The position numbers and the translations under genes were made by a program. The notes below the pieces were generated by a model that searched no databases, had not been told where the DNA came from, and saw only the letters and a list, made by a program, of their open reading frames with translations. A stretch of DNA of 38,172 bases from the UHGV virus genome UHGV-0200643; one strand, 5' to 3'. This document shows, piece by piece, positions 9,539 to 18,515 of this stretch. How positions within the stretch are numbered: the stretch's first letter is position 1; each line of letters opens with the position of its first letter. The DNA is from a virus.

Positions 9539-9795
9539 TTAGCCCCTCAAATGTATCACTTAATAAAACGACATTAACACTTAATGTAGGGGCAGAAGAG
9601 ACACTAATTGCAACAGTATCACCAGCTGACGCTGACGACAAAACTGTTGCTTGGAAATCTAGCGATATAACAATAGCCACTGTTGATACAGCTGGTAAAG
9701 TATCAGCTGTTAAAGAGGGCACAGCAGAGATTACAGTAACAACAACTACTGCAAGTAAAACTGCGAAGTGTACTTTGACAGTTACTGCTGTTTAA
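9529..9795 (+). CDS. Big_2 (Ig-like) C-terminal extension of the major tail protein, reached by a -1 frameshift on the GGGGG run (9529-9533)
   Basis: The -1 frame is open from 9508 to TAA at 9793-9795 and has no ATG. It encodes SLNKTTLTLNVGAEETLIATVSPADADDKTVAWKSSDITIATVDTAGKVSAVKEGTAEITV...CTLTV, a paralog of the capsid extension. Confidence 0.55.
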   Translation, partial: GGVISPSNVSLNKTTLTLNVGAEETLIATVSPADADDKTVAWKSSDITIATVDTAGKVSAVKEGTAEITVTTTTASKTAKCTLTVTAV

Positions 9796-9833
9796 AGGTT
9801 AACCTTGATAGGTTAGCCTTTTCTATTTTATTT
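9794..9833 (+). terminator. Intrinsic terminator after the tail-Big_2 unit
   Basis: AAAGGTTAACC-TTGATA-GGTTAGCCTTT, an 11-bp stem with one G-U pair, followed by TCTATTTTATTT. Confidence 0.55.
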
Positions 9834-9846
9834 AGGAGGAAAATTA

Positions 9847-10296
9847 ATGGCAATTAACAATATTATCGACTTAGATGCTAAATTAACACTCACTAAAACA
9901 GTGAAAATCGCTGGTAAGAATTATGACATTTCAATTTCCGACGAGATTGATCGTGCGCTTTCTAATTACGCGAATATTGATGTAACAGTTCAATTGAGAG
10001 ATATAGCATCCAAACTTGAGAAGTTAGATGGTGTGGAAACTACTACTGCTGATCAATATAAATCATTTACTCAAGAAGAAATGATCTCAATGAGGAATGG
10101 CGCTTTAGCGACGCTTGACGTTGTTTTAGGAGAAGGAGAAGGTCAACGTATTTACGATCATTATGGGCAAAGTACGAAAGCCGTTAATACCGTTATTGGT
10201 CTCCTTCGAACAGAATTGGATAAAGTAATGGTCGAACGCAAAAAAGCTGCCGACAAGCATTACAGTAATCGGCATAAAAACAATAAAAAGAAGTGA
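9847..10296 (+). CDS. Tail assembly chaperone (putative)
   Basis: 149 aa between the MTP and TMP genes. RBS AGGAGG. Confidence 0.4.
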   Translation: MAINNIIDLDAKLTLTKTVKIAGKNYDISISDEIDRALSNYANIDVTVQLRDIASKLEKLDGVETTTADQYKSFTQEEMISMRNGALATLDVVLGEGEGQRIYDHYGQSTKAVNTVIGLLRTELDKVMVERKKAADKHYSNRHKNNKKK

Positions 10297-10301
10297 TTTA
10301 A

Positions 10302-10931
10302 TTGTTTGATTTAATTGATGATCTTGAAACAACTATTTTGATTGAAGATTACGAAATCCCTTTGGATTTATCTTTTGATACAGTGCTGAAATTTTACGAA
10401 CTATTGGAGGACGATCGTTTACAATCCTTCGAGAAAATATATAAAGCTTTTGATCTATTTTATTTTGGAGATGAAACGCTGTCCAAAACCTTTACTTTCG
10501 AGCAAAAGAGTAAGGCTGTTGAAGATATCAGCAATTATATTCAGAGAAATCCATACGGAAATGAAGAGAGCGGAGATGCTGGGTTCGGAGGTGTTGAACC
10601 TGAAAAATTGTACTCCTATACGCAAGATGCAGGGGCAATTTACGCCTCTTTTTTTTCTGATTACGGAATTGATTTGCTGAAAGAACGAGGAAAGATGCAT
10701 TACATTACGTTCAAATCACTGCTGGCCGGATTAAGTGATAAAACACAATTTCAACGAATTCTATCTATTCGATCTAGAACAGTTAGCGGATTAGAAGGAG
10801 AATCACTGACAAATCTTTTGGAGTTGCAACAGTATTATGCTTTGGAGTCCGAAAAAACTGTGGATAACTTAGATAATCAATTAGGCAGCATGTTCGATAT
10901 GTTAGCTGCTCAAGCACAATCAAATAAATAA
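10302..10931 (+). CDS. Tail assembly chaperone-like acidic protein (putative)
   Basis: 209 aa, very acidic, with a TTG start, directly upstream of TMP. No G/GT-type frameshift link to the upstream gene was found. Confidence 0.4.
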   Translation: MFDLIDDLETTILIEDYEIPLDLSFDTVLKFYELLEDDRLQSFEKIYKAFDLFYFGDETLSKTFTFEQKSKAVEDISNYIQRNPYGNEESGDAGFGGVEPEKLYSYTQDAGAIYASFFSDYGIDLLKERGKMHYITFKSLLAGLSDKTQFQRILSIRSRTVSGLEGESLTNLLELQQYYALESEKTVDNLDNQLGSMFDMLAAQAQSNK

Positions 10932-10948
10932 GGAGAGGAGGTACATAC

Positions 10949-13900
10949 ATGGGAGCAGATGCAACGATTAACATTGATGTCATGCTGGCTAATTTACCTA
11001 AATTCAAGAACGATGTTTCTTTTGTGGATGATGTTTTGACCAAGCTAGGTATGAATACTGGATCAAAGATTGACGACTCGTTCAAAAGTGAGACAGCAAA
11101 AATTGAAACTATTGCGAAGTCTACCAAAAAAGATGTAGATAATACATTTGATAATCCGGTTAAATTTACTATCAAAGCTGATAACTCAGATGCTGAAAAA
11201 GATGTCAAAGAAACAAAAGCTTTTTTTAAAGATATTCCGAAAAGCAAGATCACTGAACTCAAAGCAGATAACGATGGCGCTAGCTTAAAGATCAAAGCAA
11301 CTAAAGAAGGTATTAGTGAAATACCTAAACAAAAAGAAACTATTTTGAATGCTGATGCCACTCAAGCAAAGTCTGAAACAAAAGAACTTGGGGAAACTGC
11401 TGAACGAACAGAATCGAAGTATATGAGCTTAAAGGACAAGCTTTCTATTGGTGCAATTGCTGGAGTTGCTTCAAGTGCAATTCAAGTAATCACTGGTAGT
11501 TTTAGTGAATTAATTGGTGAATCTGTACAAGCTTCTGACTCAATCGATAAATTTAAATCCACTATGAAACTAGGTGGATTTGGTGAAAAAGAGATCAACG
11601 AAGCGACTAAAATTGTACAAAAATATGCAGATGATACTGTATATGACCTTTCTACAGTTTCTAACACAACTGCTCAATTAGCGGCAAACGGTATTAAAAA
11701 TTATACCGAATTAACTCAAGCAGCAGGTAACTTGAATGCTCAAGCTGGCGGGAGTGCTGAGACTTTTAAAGCAGTAGCAATGATGCTTACCCAAACAGCT
11801 GGGGCAGGGAAACTTACTACTGAAAACTGGAATCAGTTGGCAGATGCAATACCTGGTGCATCAGGCGTGTTACAAAAAGCGATGGTCGATAACGGTGCAT
11901 ACACAGGCAATTTCCGTGATGCAATGGAAAAAGGCGAGATTTCTGCTGATGAGTTTAACCAAGCGATTACTAAACTAGGAATGAACGACGGTGCAATTCA
12001 AGCCGCTAAAACAACCACAACTTTTGAAGGCGCAATTGGTAATTTGCAAGCGAATATCGTCGGTGGAATCAATGACATTATCAAACATCTTGGAAAAGAT
12101 AAGCTTACAGGTATAATCAACGGCGCATCTGATTCTGTTGTCGGGTTATTCCAACATGTTTCTGACGTCTTTTCTTATCTGGACAAAAACAAGTCGACGA
12201 TTGGAAATATCACAGGGAACGTTAAAGATTTAGCCGGTGCATTGATTTCTGGCGCTTGGGATCAAGGAAAGGATATTCTCCTTGCCGTCGCAGATATGTT
12301 CGGATTGATCGATGATAATACAAAGAAAATCAAAGATCCTCTCAAACAGGTGGATAAAATCATTGAAAACCTAGCTGACAATAAAGATAAAGTTGAATTA
12401 CTGGGTAAAGCACTTGTGACTATGTTCGCAGTGAAAAAAGGTTTTGAATTCATTTCGATGATCAATCAAGCTCGTAAATCTCTACTTGAATTTACTGCAG
12501 TCGAAAAAGCCACTAGCTTTTTAAGCGGAGGATTTGGAAACACTGCCAAAGCAGGAGTGACTCAAACAGTTACGGAGACGGCAGCTACTGTAGCGCCTGC
12601 TGCTGTTGGTGGAACAGGCATTGCAGCGAAATTAGGATCTTTAGTGACAGGACTGGCTAAGTTAACGCCGGTTATAAGCGTGCTAGCAAGTGTACCAGAG
12701 CTTTTCAAAAAAGGATCTACAGGAGAAAAAACTGGAGGATTTTTAGGCGGTATCGGCGGCGGTCTTGGTGGTGCTAAGCTAGGCGCAACGATTGGAACGA
12801 TGATAGCTCCTGGAATTGGAACAGCGATAGGCACAGTGCTAGGCGGCGTGGCAGGACAGTTTGCCGGATCGAAATTTGGTAGTGGCTTTGTTGGCAGCTT
12901 GCAAGAATCTCTGAATGGAAAACCGTTGAAGCCTAAAGTAGAAAAAACAAAAGCTGAAATCGAGGTCGAAATAGACGAAAAGAAAATCAGCAAAAAGATT
13001 ACCCCTGCAATTAATAAGTTAAATAAAGAACTTCTTATTAAGATGGGAATTGATACTAAGAGTGCTCAAAAAGCAAAAAAAGAATCCGACAAACTTTTTG
13101 AAGAGATGGGCAAAGACATCGATGATTACTATGACAGCAAACAAAAAAGATCCAAAAAGGATCTAGATTTACTTGTTAAACAAGGGGTTATGACACGTAA
13201 AGAAGCTGATAAACTCCTCAAAAAAGAACAAGAAAACAATGATGCTTCCAAAAAAAGTAAAAAAGATGCGCTCATAAAAATGCAGACGACCGTCAACGAA
13301 TACTACAAAAAGGTAGAAGGCATTCAGAATGATTCCAGCAAAAGTGAAAAACAAAAAAATAAAGAACTTAATAAATTACGGAAACAGTTCGTCAAGGATT
13401 ATGTTGCTGATCAATTTGCCATGAATGGGAAAGCTGTCGAAGCAATCGAAAGCGGAGCAAAAGAACAAGAAGATTTGCTTAAACAACTTCGCAAGAAAAA
13501 AGGTAAGCTAAGTGCTAAAGATTTAGAAGCGACTCAAGAAGAGGCTGATAATCTATACGACGCTTCTGTCAAACCGGCAAAAAAAGCTCGGGACGATATT
13601 ATCACTGCGGCTGACAAAAAGTACAAAGAGACTGTTAAAGCAGCTAAACGTCAGCGAGATGAAACGGGCACTCTTTCACAAGAACAGTATGAGAAAGTTG
13701 TAAAAGAAGCAAGAAAGCAACGTGATGATACTCATACTGCTGCAAAAAATCAATACAAAGAAGTAACTGCTAAAGCAAAAGAACAGCACGACAAAGTTAG
13801 TGGCGAAATCAGCGCTCAAAAATCTTCAGTTGTGCGAAACGCCCAAGAGCAAGCTAGAGAACATATTGGTGCATCACAGAATGAAACAGGTACAGTTCAA

Positions 13901-15607
13901 GGTTCATGGGATGGATTGAAATCTAATCTATCTAATATTGTAGAAGCTATTGCACACGGAATTGGGAAACTAATAGGCGGATTAAACAAAGACTGGGGCA
14001 AAGGTCTTCGAGATTTCAAATTCCCCGCCCATGCCAAAGGTACTAGCGGTCTAACAGAAGATGAAATTGCGCTAGTTGGTGAAGAAGGATTTGAATTAGC
14101 TCACCATCCCACTAAAGGTATTTTTGCAGTTGGTTCTCAAGGCCCTGAAATCCGACCTTTACAAGCCGGAACATCGATTCTCCCACACGAAGCCTCTAAA
14201 CAGTTCTTATCTATGACGAAAGGATTGCCGGCTCATGCTAGTGGTGTTTGGGGAACGATCAACAACATAGCGGATTGGGTCAAAGAGAAGGCTGAAAATG
14301 TTGAAGACTTTGTCTTTGATGGAGCCGATAAACTTTACAACACTGTCACGGATAAGCTTGGTATATCCAAGTTTTTGGACTCATTAGGAGACTCAGCAGA
14401 ATTCAAGGTTGCTAAAGGTGGCTTGAATACGGTTAAGGACAACGTAATCAAATATGCTCAATCGTTATTTGATAAGTATCAAGAAGAATTTGGAAGTTCC
14501 GGTAGTTTTGATGGGGCTATGAACGCGAATGGCGTTTATCAGTATTTAGTTAATGTAGCAGAAAAGGTAATGAAGAAATTTCCAGGCATGACGATTACAA
14601 GCGGACTTCGACCAGGTGATCCTTACGATCACGGGAAACATGCAGCTATTGATATTGCTTATCCAGGTTCTATGAATGGTTCTAGTAAATATTTTGACCC
14701 TGCAAACTATGCCTTTGAAAAGTTCCCATCCGATGTTGCTTACGTCATTACTCAAAATAAGGTAAGAGATAGAAAGGGAACATCCGGGACAGGTGTTCAT
14801 AACGAGTGGGGTCCATGGACGGACGGTGATCATTATGACCATTTACACATTTCTGGTATGAAACATGCTGGAGACGTATTTAAAGCTGGTTCGAATAAAG
14901 GTGGAAAAGTTAATTTTAATGCTTCTGCAGGTGTTGAACAATGGCGTAATCTTGCGATAAAGGCACTAAAAATGGAGGGACAGTACTCTGCCGGAAACTT
15001 AGGTTCGTTGCTTTTTCAAATGCAAACAGAGTCAGGCGGTAATCCTAATGCTATCAATTTATGGGATAGTAATGCTGCTGCCGGGCATCCGTCAAAGGGT
15101 CTACTTCAAACAATCGATTCTACATTTAAGGCTTATGCTAGACCAGGATACGATAAAAATGTTTATGATCCACTTTCCAACATTTTAGCTTCTATCAGAT
15201 ATGCAGTAGCTAGATACGGCTCCTTAGGTTCGGCGTATCGAGGTGTTGGATACGCCAATGGCGGAGAAGTAGATAAACCAACGCTTGCTTGGATCGGCGA
15301 AGATCCTAATTATGCTAAGGAATTTATTATCAACCCTGCCAAGGACAGCGCTGATTTGTTGATTCAAAAAGCGATAGCAGCTAGAGAACAGTATAAGCCA
15401 ACACCTTCTGCTCAAGGCTATTCTTCAAACGATAACTCAACCGGTCGCTTTGTGACTCAAACTGATTTAAATCAGTTAATAAATAAGATTAACGAAAGAC
15501 CAGTCAAAGTGAACAGTATTTTGGATGGAAAACAAGTTGGACATTCAGTTGATCAAACGAATGCGGGAACTTTAAAACGTAAGCTATATACGGCAAGGAG
15601 GGCTTAG
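10949..15607 (+). CDS. Tail tape measure protein with C-terminal peptidase M23-like and lytic transglycosylase (SLT) domains
   Basis: 1552 aa. A Gly-rich hydrophobic segment (GGFLGGIGGGLGGAKLGATIG...). A K/E-rich repetitive coiled-coil. HAAID plus HLH motifs (M23-like HxxxD/HxH). An SLT motif QTESGGNPNAIN...GLLQ...Y. Confidence 0.85.
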   Translation: MGADATINIDVMLANLPKFKNDVSFVDDVLTKLGMNTGSKIDDSFKSETAKIETIAKSTKKDVDNTFDNPVKFTIKADNSDAEKDVKETKAFFKDIPKSKITELKADNDGASLKIKATKEGISEIPKQKETILNADATQAKSETKELGETAERTESKYMSLKDKLSIGAIAGVASSAIQVITGSFSELIGESVQASDSIDKFKSTMKLGGFGEKEINEATKIVQKYADDTVYDLSTVSNTTAQLAANGIKNYTELTQAAGNLNAQAGGSAETFKAVAMMLTQTAGAGKLTTENWNQLADAIPGASGVLQKAMVDNGAYTGNFRDAMEKGEISADEFNQAITKLGMNDGAIQAAKTTTTFEGAIGNLQANIVGGINDIIKHLGKDKLTGIINGASDSVVGLFQHVSDVFSYLDKNKSTIGNITGNVKDLAGALISGAWDQGKDILLAVADMFGLIDDNTKKIKDPLKQVDKIIENLADNKDKVELLGKALVTMFAVKKGFEFISMINQARKSLLEFTAVEKATSFLSGGFGNTAKAGVTQTVTETAATVAPAAVGGTGIAAKLGSLVTGLAKLTPVISVLASVPELFKKGSTGEKTGGFLGGIGGGLGGAKLGATIGTMIAPGIGTAIGTVLGGVAGQFAGSKFGSGFVGSLQESLNGKPLKPKVEKTKAEIEVEIDEKKISKKITPAINKLNKELLIKMGIDTKSAQKAKKESDKLFEEMGKDIDDYYDSKQKRSKKDLDLLVKQGVMTRKEADKLLKKEQENNDASKKSKKDALIKMQTTVNEYYKKVEGIQNDSSKSEKQKNKELNKLRKQFVKDYVADQFAMNGKAVEAIESGAKEQEDLLKQLRKKKGKLSAKDLEATQEEADNLYDASVKPAKKARDDIITAADKKYKETVKAAKRQRDETGTLSQEQYEKVVKEARKQRDDTHTAAKNQYKEVTAKAKEQHDKVSGEISAQKSSVVRNAQEQAREHIGASQNETGTVQGSWDGLKSNLSNIVEAIAHGIGKLIGGLNKDWGKGLRDFKFPAHAKGTSGLTEDEIALVGEEGFELAHHPTKGIFAVGSQGPEIRPLQAGTSILPHEASKQFLSMTKGLPAHASGVWGTINNIADWVKEKAENVEDFVFDGADKLYNTVTDKLGISKFLDSLGDSAEFKVAKGGLNTVKDNVIKYAQSLFDKYQEEFGSSGSFDGAMNANGVYQYLVNVAEKVMKKFPGMTITSGLRPGDPYDHGKHAAIDIAYPGSMNGSSKYFDPANYAFEKFPSDVAYVITQNKVRDRKGTSGTGVHNEWGPWTDGDHYDHLHISGMKHAGDVFKAGSNKGGKVNFNASAGVEQWRNLAIKALKMEGQYSAGNLGSLLFQMQTESGGNPNAINLWDSNAAAGHPSKGLLQTIDSTFKAYARPGYDKNVYDPLSNILASIRYAVARYGSLGSAYRGVGYANGGEVDKPTLAWIGEDPNYAKEFIINPAKDSADLLIQKAIAAREQYKPTPSAQGYSSNDNSTGRFVTQTDLNQLINKINERPVKVNSILDGKQVGHSVDQTNAGTLKRKLYTARRA

Positions 15608-16432
15608 ATGGTAAAAACAGATGTCTTATTAAGATTTAGTGATTACGACTATATTTTAACTGATGATCCTGCAATTACATTAGCAACTGTAACTGTAGGC
15701 ATGCCCGTTCAAAAAAATGATTTTGTTTCTTTTCAGGGTTCTGTTGGTCAGCGATTGGTGAATCATTCATTTGATTCTTTCCCAATCACACTAGAATTCG
15801 ACCTTAAAGTTCGTACGCTTGATGATTTAGTTCTAAAAGAAACCGAATTAAGAGAACTATTAACTAGAGAAGCAGAATATTATTTTCTCTATTCAAAAGA
15901 ACCCGGCAAGAAATATCCAGTCGTTGTTGATAGCATAGCAGTTACCAAAAAAGCATTTTTCATGTCTCGATTCACTGTTTCTTATACAGTGGTTAAAGGC
16001 TATGCAGAGTCTATTACATCGACGTTATCCGACTTTAGTTTGGATGACGAATGGCAATTCAGCCAAAATCTAGTTGCTGAGGACTACGAGTACACCCATA
16101 AAAATAGTCGGTTTAGCATTTACAACGCAGGTAGTTTTCCATTGGATCCACGAGAAGCATACTTAAAAATTACACTTCAAGGCGAGTCGTTAGGCAATGC
16201 TACGATTTTCAATCGAACAACTGGTGATCGATTTATTTACTATCCTGAATTTTCAACAAACTTAGGACAAACAATCACTTTAGATCGTGTCTATCCGAAG
16301 TTGAACGGTGTGAATCATGGCATTGATACGAATCATGGTTTGATAACTCTTGCTGAAGGTCTGAATGACATCGAAATACAAAATGTAGCTAATGTAGAAA
16401 CCTCATGGGATTTCTACTACTTGTACAAGTAG
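15608..16432 (+). CDS. Distal tail protein (Dit, siphovirus tail component)
   Basis: 274 aa. Its start overlaps the TMP stop (TAGATG). Canonical TMP-Dit-Tal order. Confidence 0.7.
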   Translation: MVKTDVLLRFSDYDYILTDDPAITLATVTVGMPVQKNDFVSFQGSVGQRLVNHSFDSFPITLEFDLKVRTLDDLVLKETELRELLTREAEYYFLYSKEPGKKYPVVVDSIAVTKKAFFMSRFTVSYTVVKGYAESITSTLSDFSLDDEWQFSQNLVAEDYEYTHKNSRFSIYNAGSFPLDPREAYLKITLQGESLGNATIFNRTTGDRFIYYPEFSTNLGQTITLDRVYPKLNGVNHGIDTNHGLITLAEGLNDIEIQNVANVETSWDFYYLYK

Positions 16433-16440
16433 GTGAGTTT

Positions 16441-17460
16441 ATGGCCGATATATTAATCAGAAATATAAAAGAAGATAAAGAAGAAATCCTTTTCGATTAC
16501 GATAAGGATTCTTTTGTTGAGAATTGGCAGGAGAACGAGACTTGGGAAGTCAGTTTCACTGTATGTAAGTCTGACTTAAATAGTATGACGTTTGATTTGA
16601 TCGATTATGAAAATTTTGTTCTTTGGAATGGTCAGCGTTTCGTGATTAAACAAATGGCAAACTATGCATCAGGAGAACAGGTTTATAAAGATGTGACAGC
16701 AACACATGTTTACTACACGATTCAGGATTGCTGGCAATACAATATTTTATCAGGAACAAAGACGATTAAACAATTGCTGACTCACATTTTTAGCAGTGGT
16801 AATAACGGTTTTTCATGGGAAGTTATCGATGGAGATAACACTTTTTTATCAGTGGAGCAAGAAAACTTCGGTAATGGGAACTATCTAGATCTTATAAATG
16901 AGGTGCTAGATAATTACGGTGCAATCGTTATTCCGGACAACAAATACTTGCGCTTCTATCCTAAAGGAGCATATGGAAAAGTTACCGAGCAGCAAATCAG
17001 ATACAAATACAATACTGATGATGTGAAGTTTGATATCGATACATTCGCATTGAAAACTCAAATTCGGGGATCTGGTAAAAAAGATGACACCGATAAATAT
17101 TTATTTAGTCCAATCACATATACCTCTCCTGAATCTGAAAAATGGGGCATTCGTATTCAAGATCCTGTCGAAGACGAAAGATATACTATTGCATCAAATA
17201 TGACCGCTCGTTTGAAGCAAGAACTACACGATTATCCTGATATTTCAGGAACGGTAACAATGAAATGGGCAACAGCCGTAAATAAAGGTGATAAGGTGCC
17301 GTTCATTTATGAACCTTTGAATATCAACACAACTATTCAAGTGGTTGGTATGACAACATATCCAGCGTTACCAAACAAACCACCAGAGATCACTTTATCA
17401 AATACTAAAAAAACAATGACATCAATATTAGCGAATCTCGCTAAGAAAGGAGTGATTTGA
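16441..17460 (+). CDS. Tail-associated lysin / prophage tail endopeptidase-like protein (Tal)
   Basis: About 339 aa after Dit. The start is probably ATG 16441 with AGGTGAG RBS. Confidence 0.6.
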   Translation: MADILIRNIKEDKEEILFDYDKDSFVENWQENETWEVSFTVCKSDLNSMTFDLIDYENFVLWNGQRFVIKQMANYASGEQVYKDVTATHVYYTIQDCWQYNILSGTKTIKQLLTHIFSSGNNGFSWEVIDGDNTFLSVEQENFGNGNYLDLINEVLDNYGAIVIPDNKYLRFYPKGAYGKVTEQQIRYKYNTDDVKFDIDTFALKTQIRGSGKKDDTDKYLFSPITYTSPESEKWGIRIQDPVEDERYTIASNMTARLKQELHDYPDISGTVTMKWATAVNKGDKVPFIYEPLNINTTIQVVGMTTYPALPNKPPEITLSNTKKTMTSILANLAKKGVI

Positions 17461-18515
17461 TGGAATTACTCAAACTTATTAAGAATCGTATCTCTTCAGA
17501 GTGGAAAAAAACGTTTAACGACAATGTTGATATCTTAAATAGAATCATTCGAGGACAAAACCAGAAAATCGATGTGACGAATAAGCGCATTGATAATGTG
17601 GTTTTGCATAGTGGTGGAGATTCGCAAAACGAAGTGGTGGACGCGCGAGTAAATAATAAAGGTGAAACATTCGATACTTTAGAATCAAGATTACTTGCTG
17701 CAGAAAATAGACATGATGAAGATGTTGAGAATACAAACGGTACGTTGCTTAATCAGCAAAAACAGATGGAGCAACTGAACAACGGAATTGGAAAATTAAT
17801 GGGGACTTACGGTGCAACGATCGACTTATTTGTTTCGATAGAAAAAGGCGATGATAAAAATGGCGATGGAACAGAACAAAATCCATTTGCAACAATTCAA
17901 ATGGCAGTTAATCAAATCCCATTGATAAGCTCAGCTCGTGCAACGATTTGGGTTGATGATGGGGTTTATTTGGAAAATGTCATCCTAGCAAGTATATTCT
18001 GTGTATCACTAACAATCAGAACAATTCAAAATGTAGATAGTTTTGATTTAAGCAAAGTAGATTTACCAGTAAAAGTTCGTTCAATAGGTTTCGCCTCCTC
18101 AGCAGGCTATTTTCACATCTATGGCTTGCAAGCCGTTGATACAGCGAATGCCATTCAAACCGATGGTAATACGTGTGCTTTCTTTTGTAAACAAGGAGGG
18201 TATCTCGCTTTGAATAAAGTTAAGTGTGCTGAAAATACATCGTCATCTACGAATTACAATGCACTGTATGTGAATGGAAATTCAAAAATGAACATTTATT
18301 ACTCACATTTCGTGAATCAAGCTATTCTATTAAGAGCTTCTGCGATGTCAACCGCCTTATTTTCGGGAACGAACACAGGGTCTGGTAATGTAGTAGGGAT
18401 TTCGGCGGATTCAGGTGCGACAGTAACGGACGCATCGACAACAACTTCTAATTCAACGACTAGGCACAAAACACAATTAGGCTTAATCATCACCAAAGGG
18501 ACGGTGTTGTCCTAA
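17460..18515 (+). CDS. Tail fiber / tailspike-like protein with N-terminal coiled-coil and a pectate-lyase-like right-handed beta-helix signature
   Basis: The NGDGTEQNPFATIQMAVNQIP...ATIWVDDGVYLENV motif resembles the GDGS..NPF.TIQ.A....GdtI.v..GtY motif of pectate_lyase_3 and tailspike beta-helices. RBS AAAGGAG is 7 nt before ATG 17460. Confidence 0.5.
   Translation: MELLKLIKNRISSEWKKTFNDNVDILNRIIRGQNQKIDVTNKRIDNVVLHSGGDSQNEVVDARVNNKGETFDTLESRLLAAENRHDEDVENTNGTLLNQQKQMEQLNNGIGKLMGTYGATIDLFVSIEKGDDKNGDGTEQNPFATIQMAVNQIPLISSARATIWVDDGVYLENVILASIFCVSLTIRTIQNVDSFDLSKVDLPVKVRSIGFASSAGYFHIYGLQAVDTANAIQTDGNTCAFFCKQGGYLALNKVKCAENTSSSTNYNALYVNGNSKMNIYYSHFVNQAILLRASAMSTALFSGTNTGSGNVVGISADSGATVTDASTTTSNSTTRHKTQLGLIITKGTVLS

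Noticed and set aside
9847-10931. Possible G/GT-type programmed frameshift joining the two tail-chaperone ORFs (A-rich end ...AAAAACAATAAAAAGAAGTGA)
   Set aside because: I checked the -1 and +1 frames across 10273-10310. Stops at 10275-10277 and 10284-10286 block a -1 fusion, and a stop at 10307-10309 blocks +1. The U_AAA_AAC/G heptamers lack the required first base. No fusion is possible.
12562-12993. 143-aa antisense ORF (Pro/Ala-rich) inside the tape measure gene
   Set aside because: It is the mirror of the Gly/Ala-rich TMP segment. It has no RBS. A typical spurious antisense ORF.
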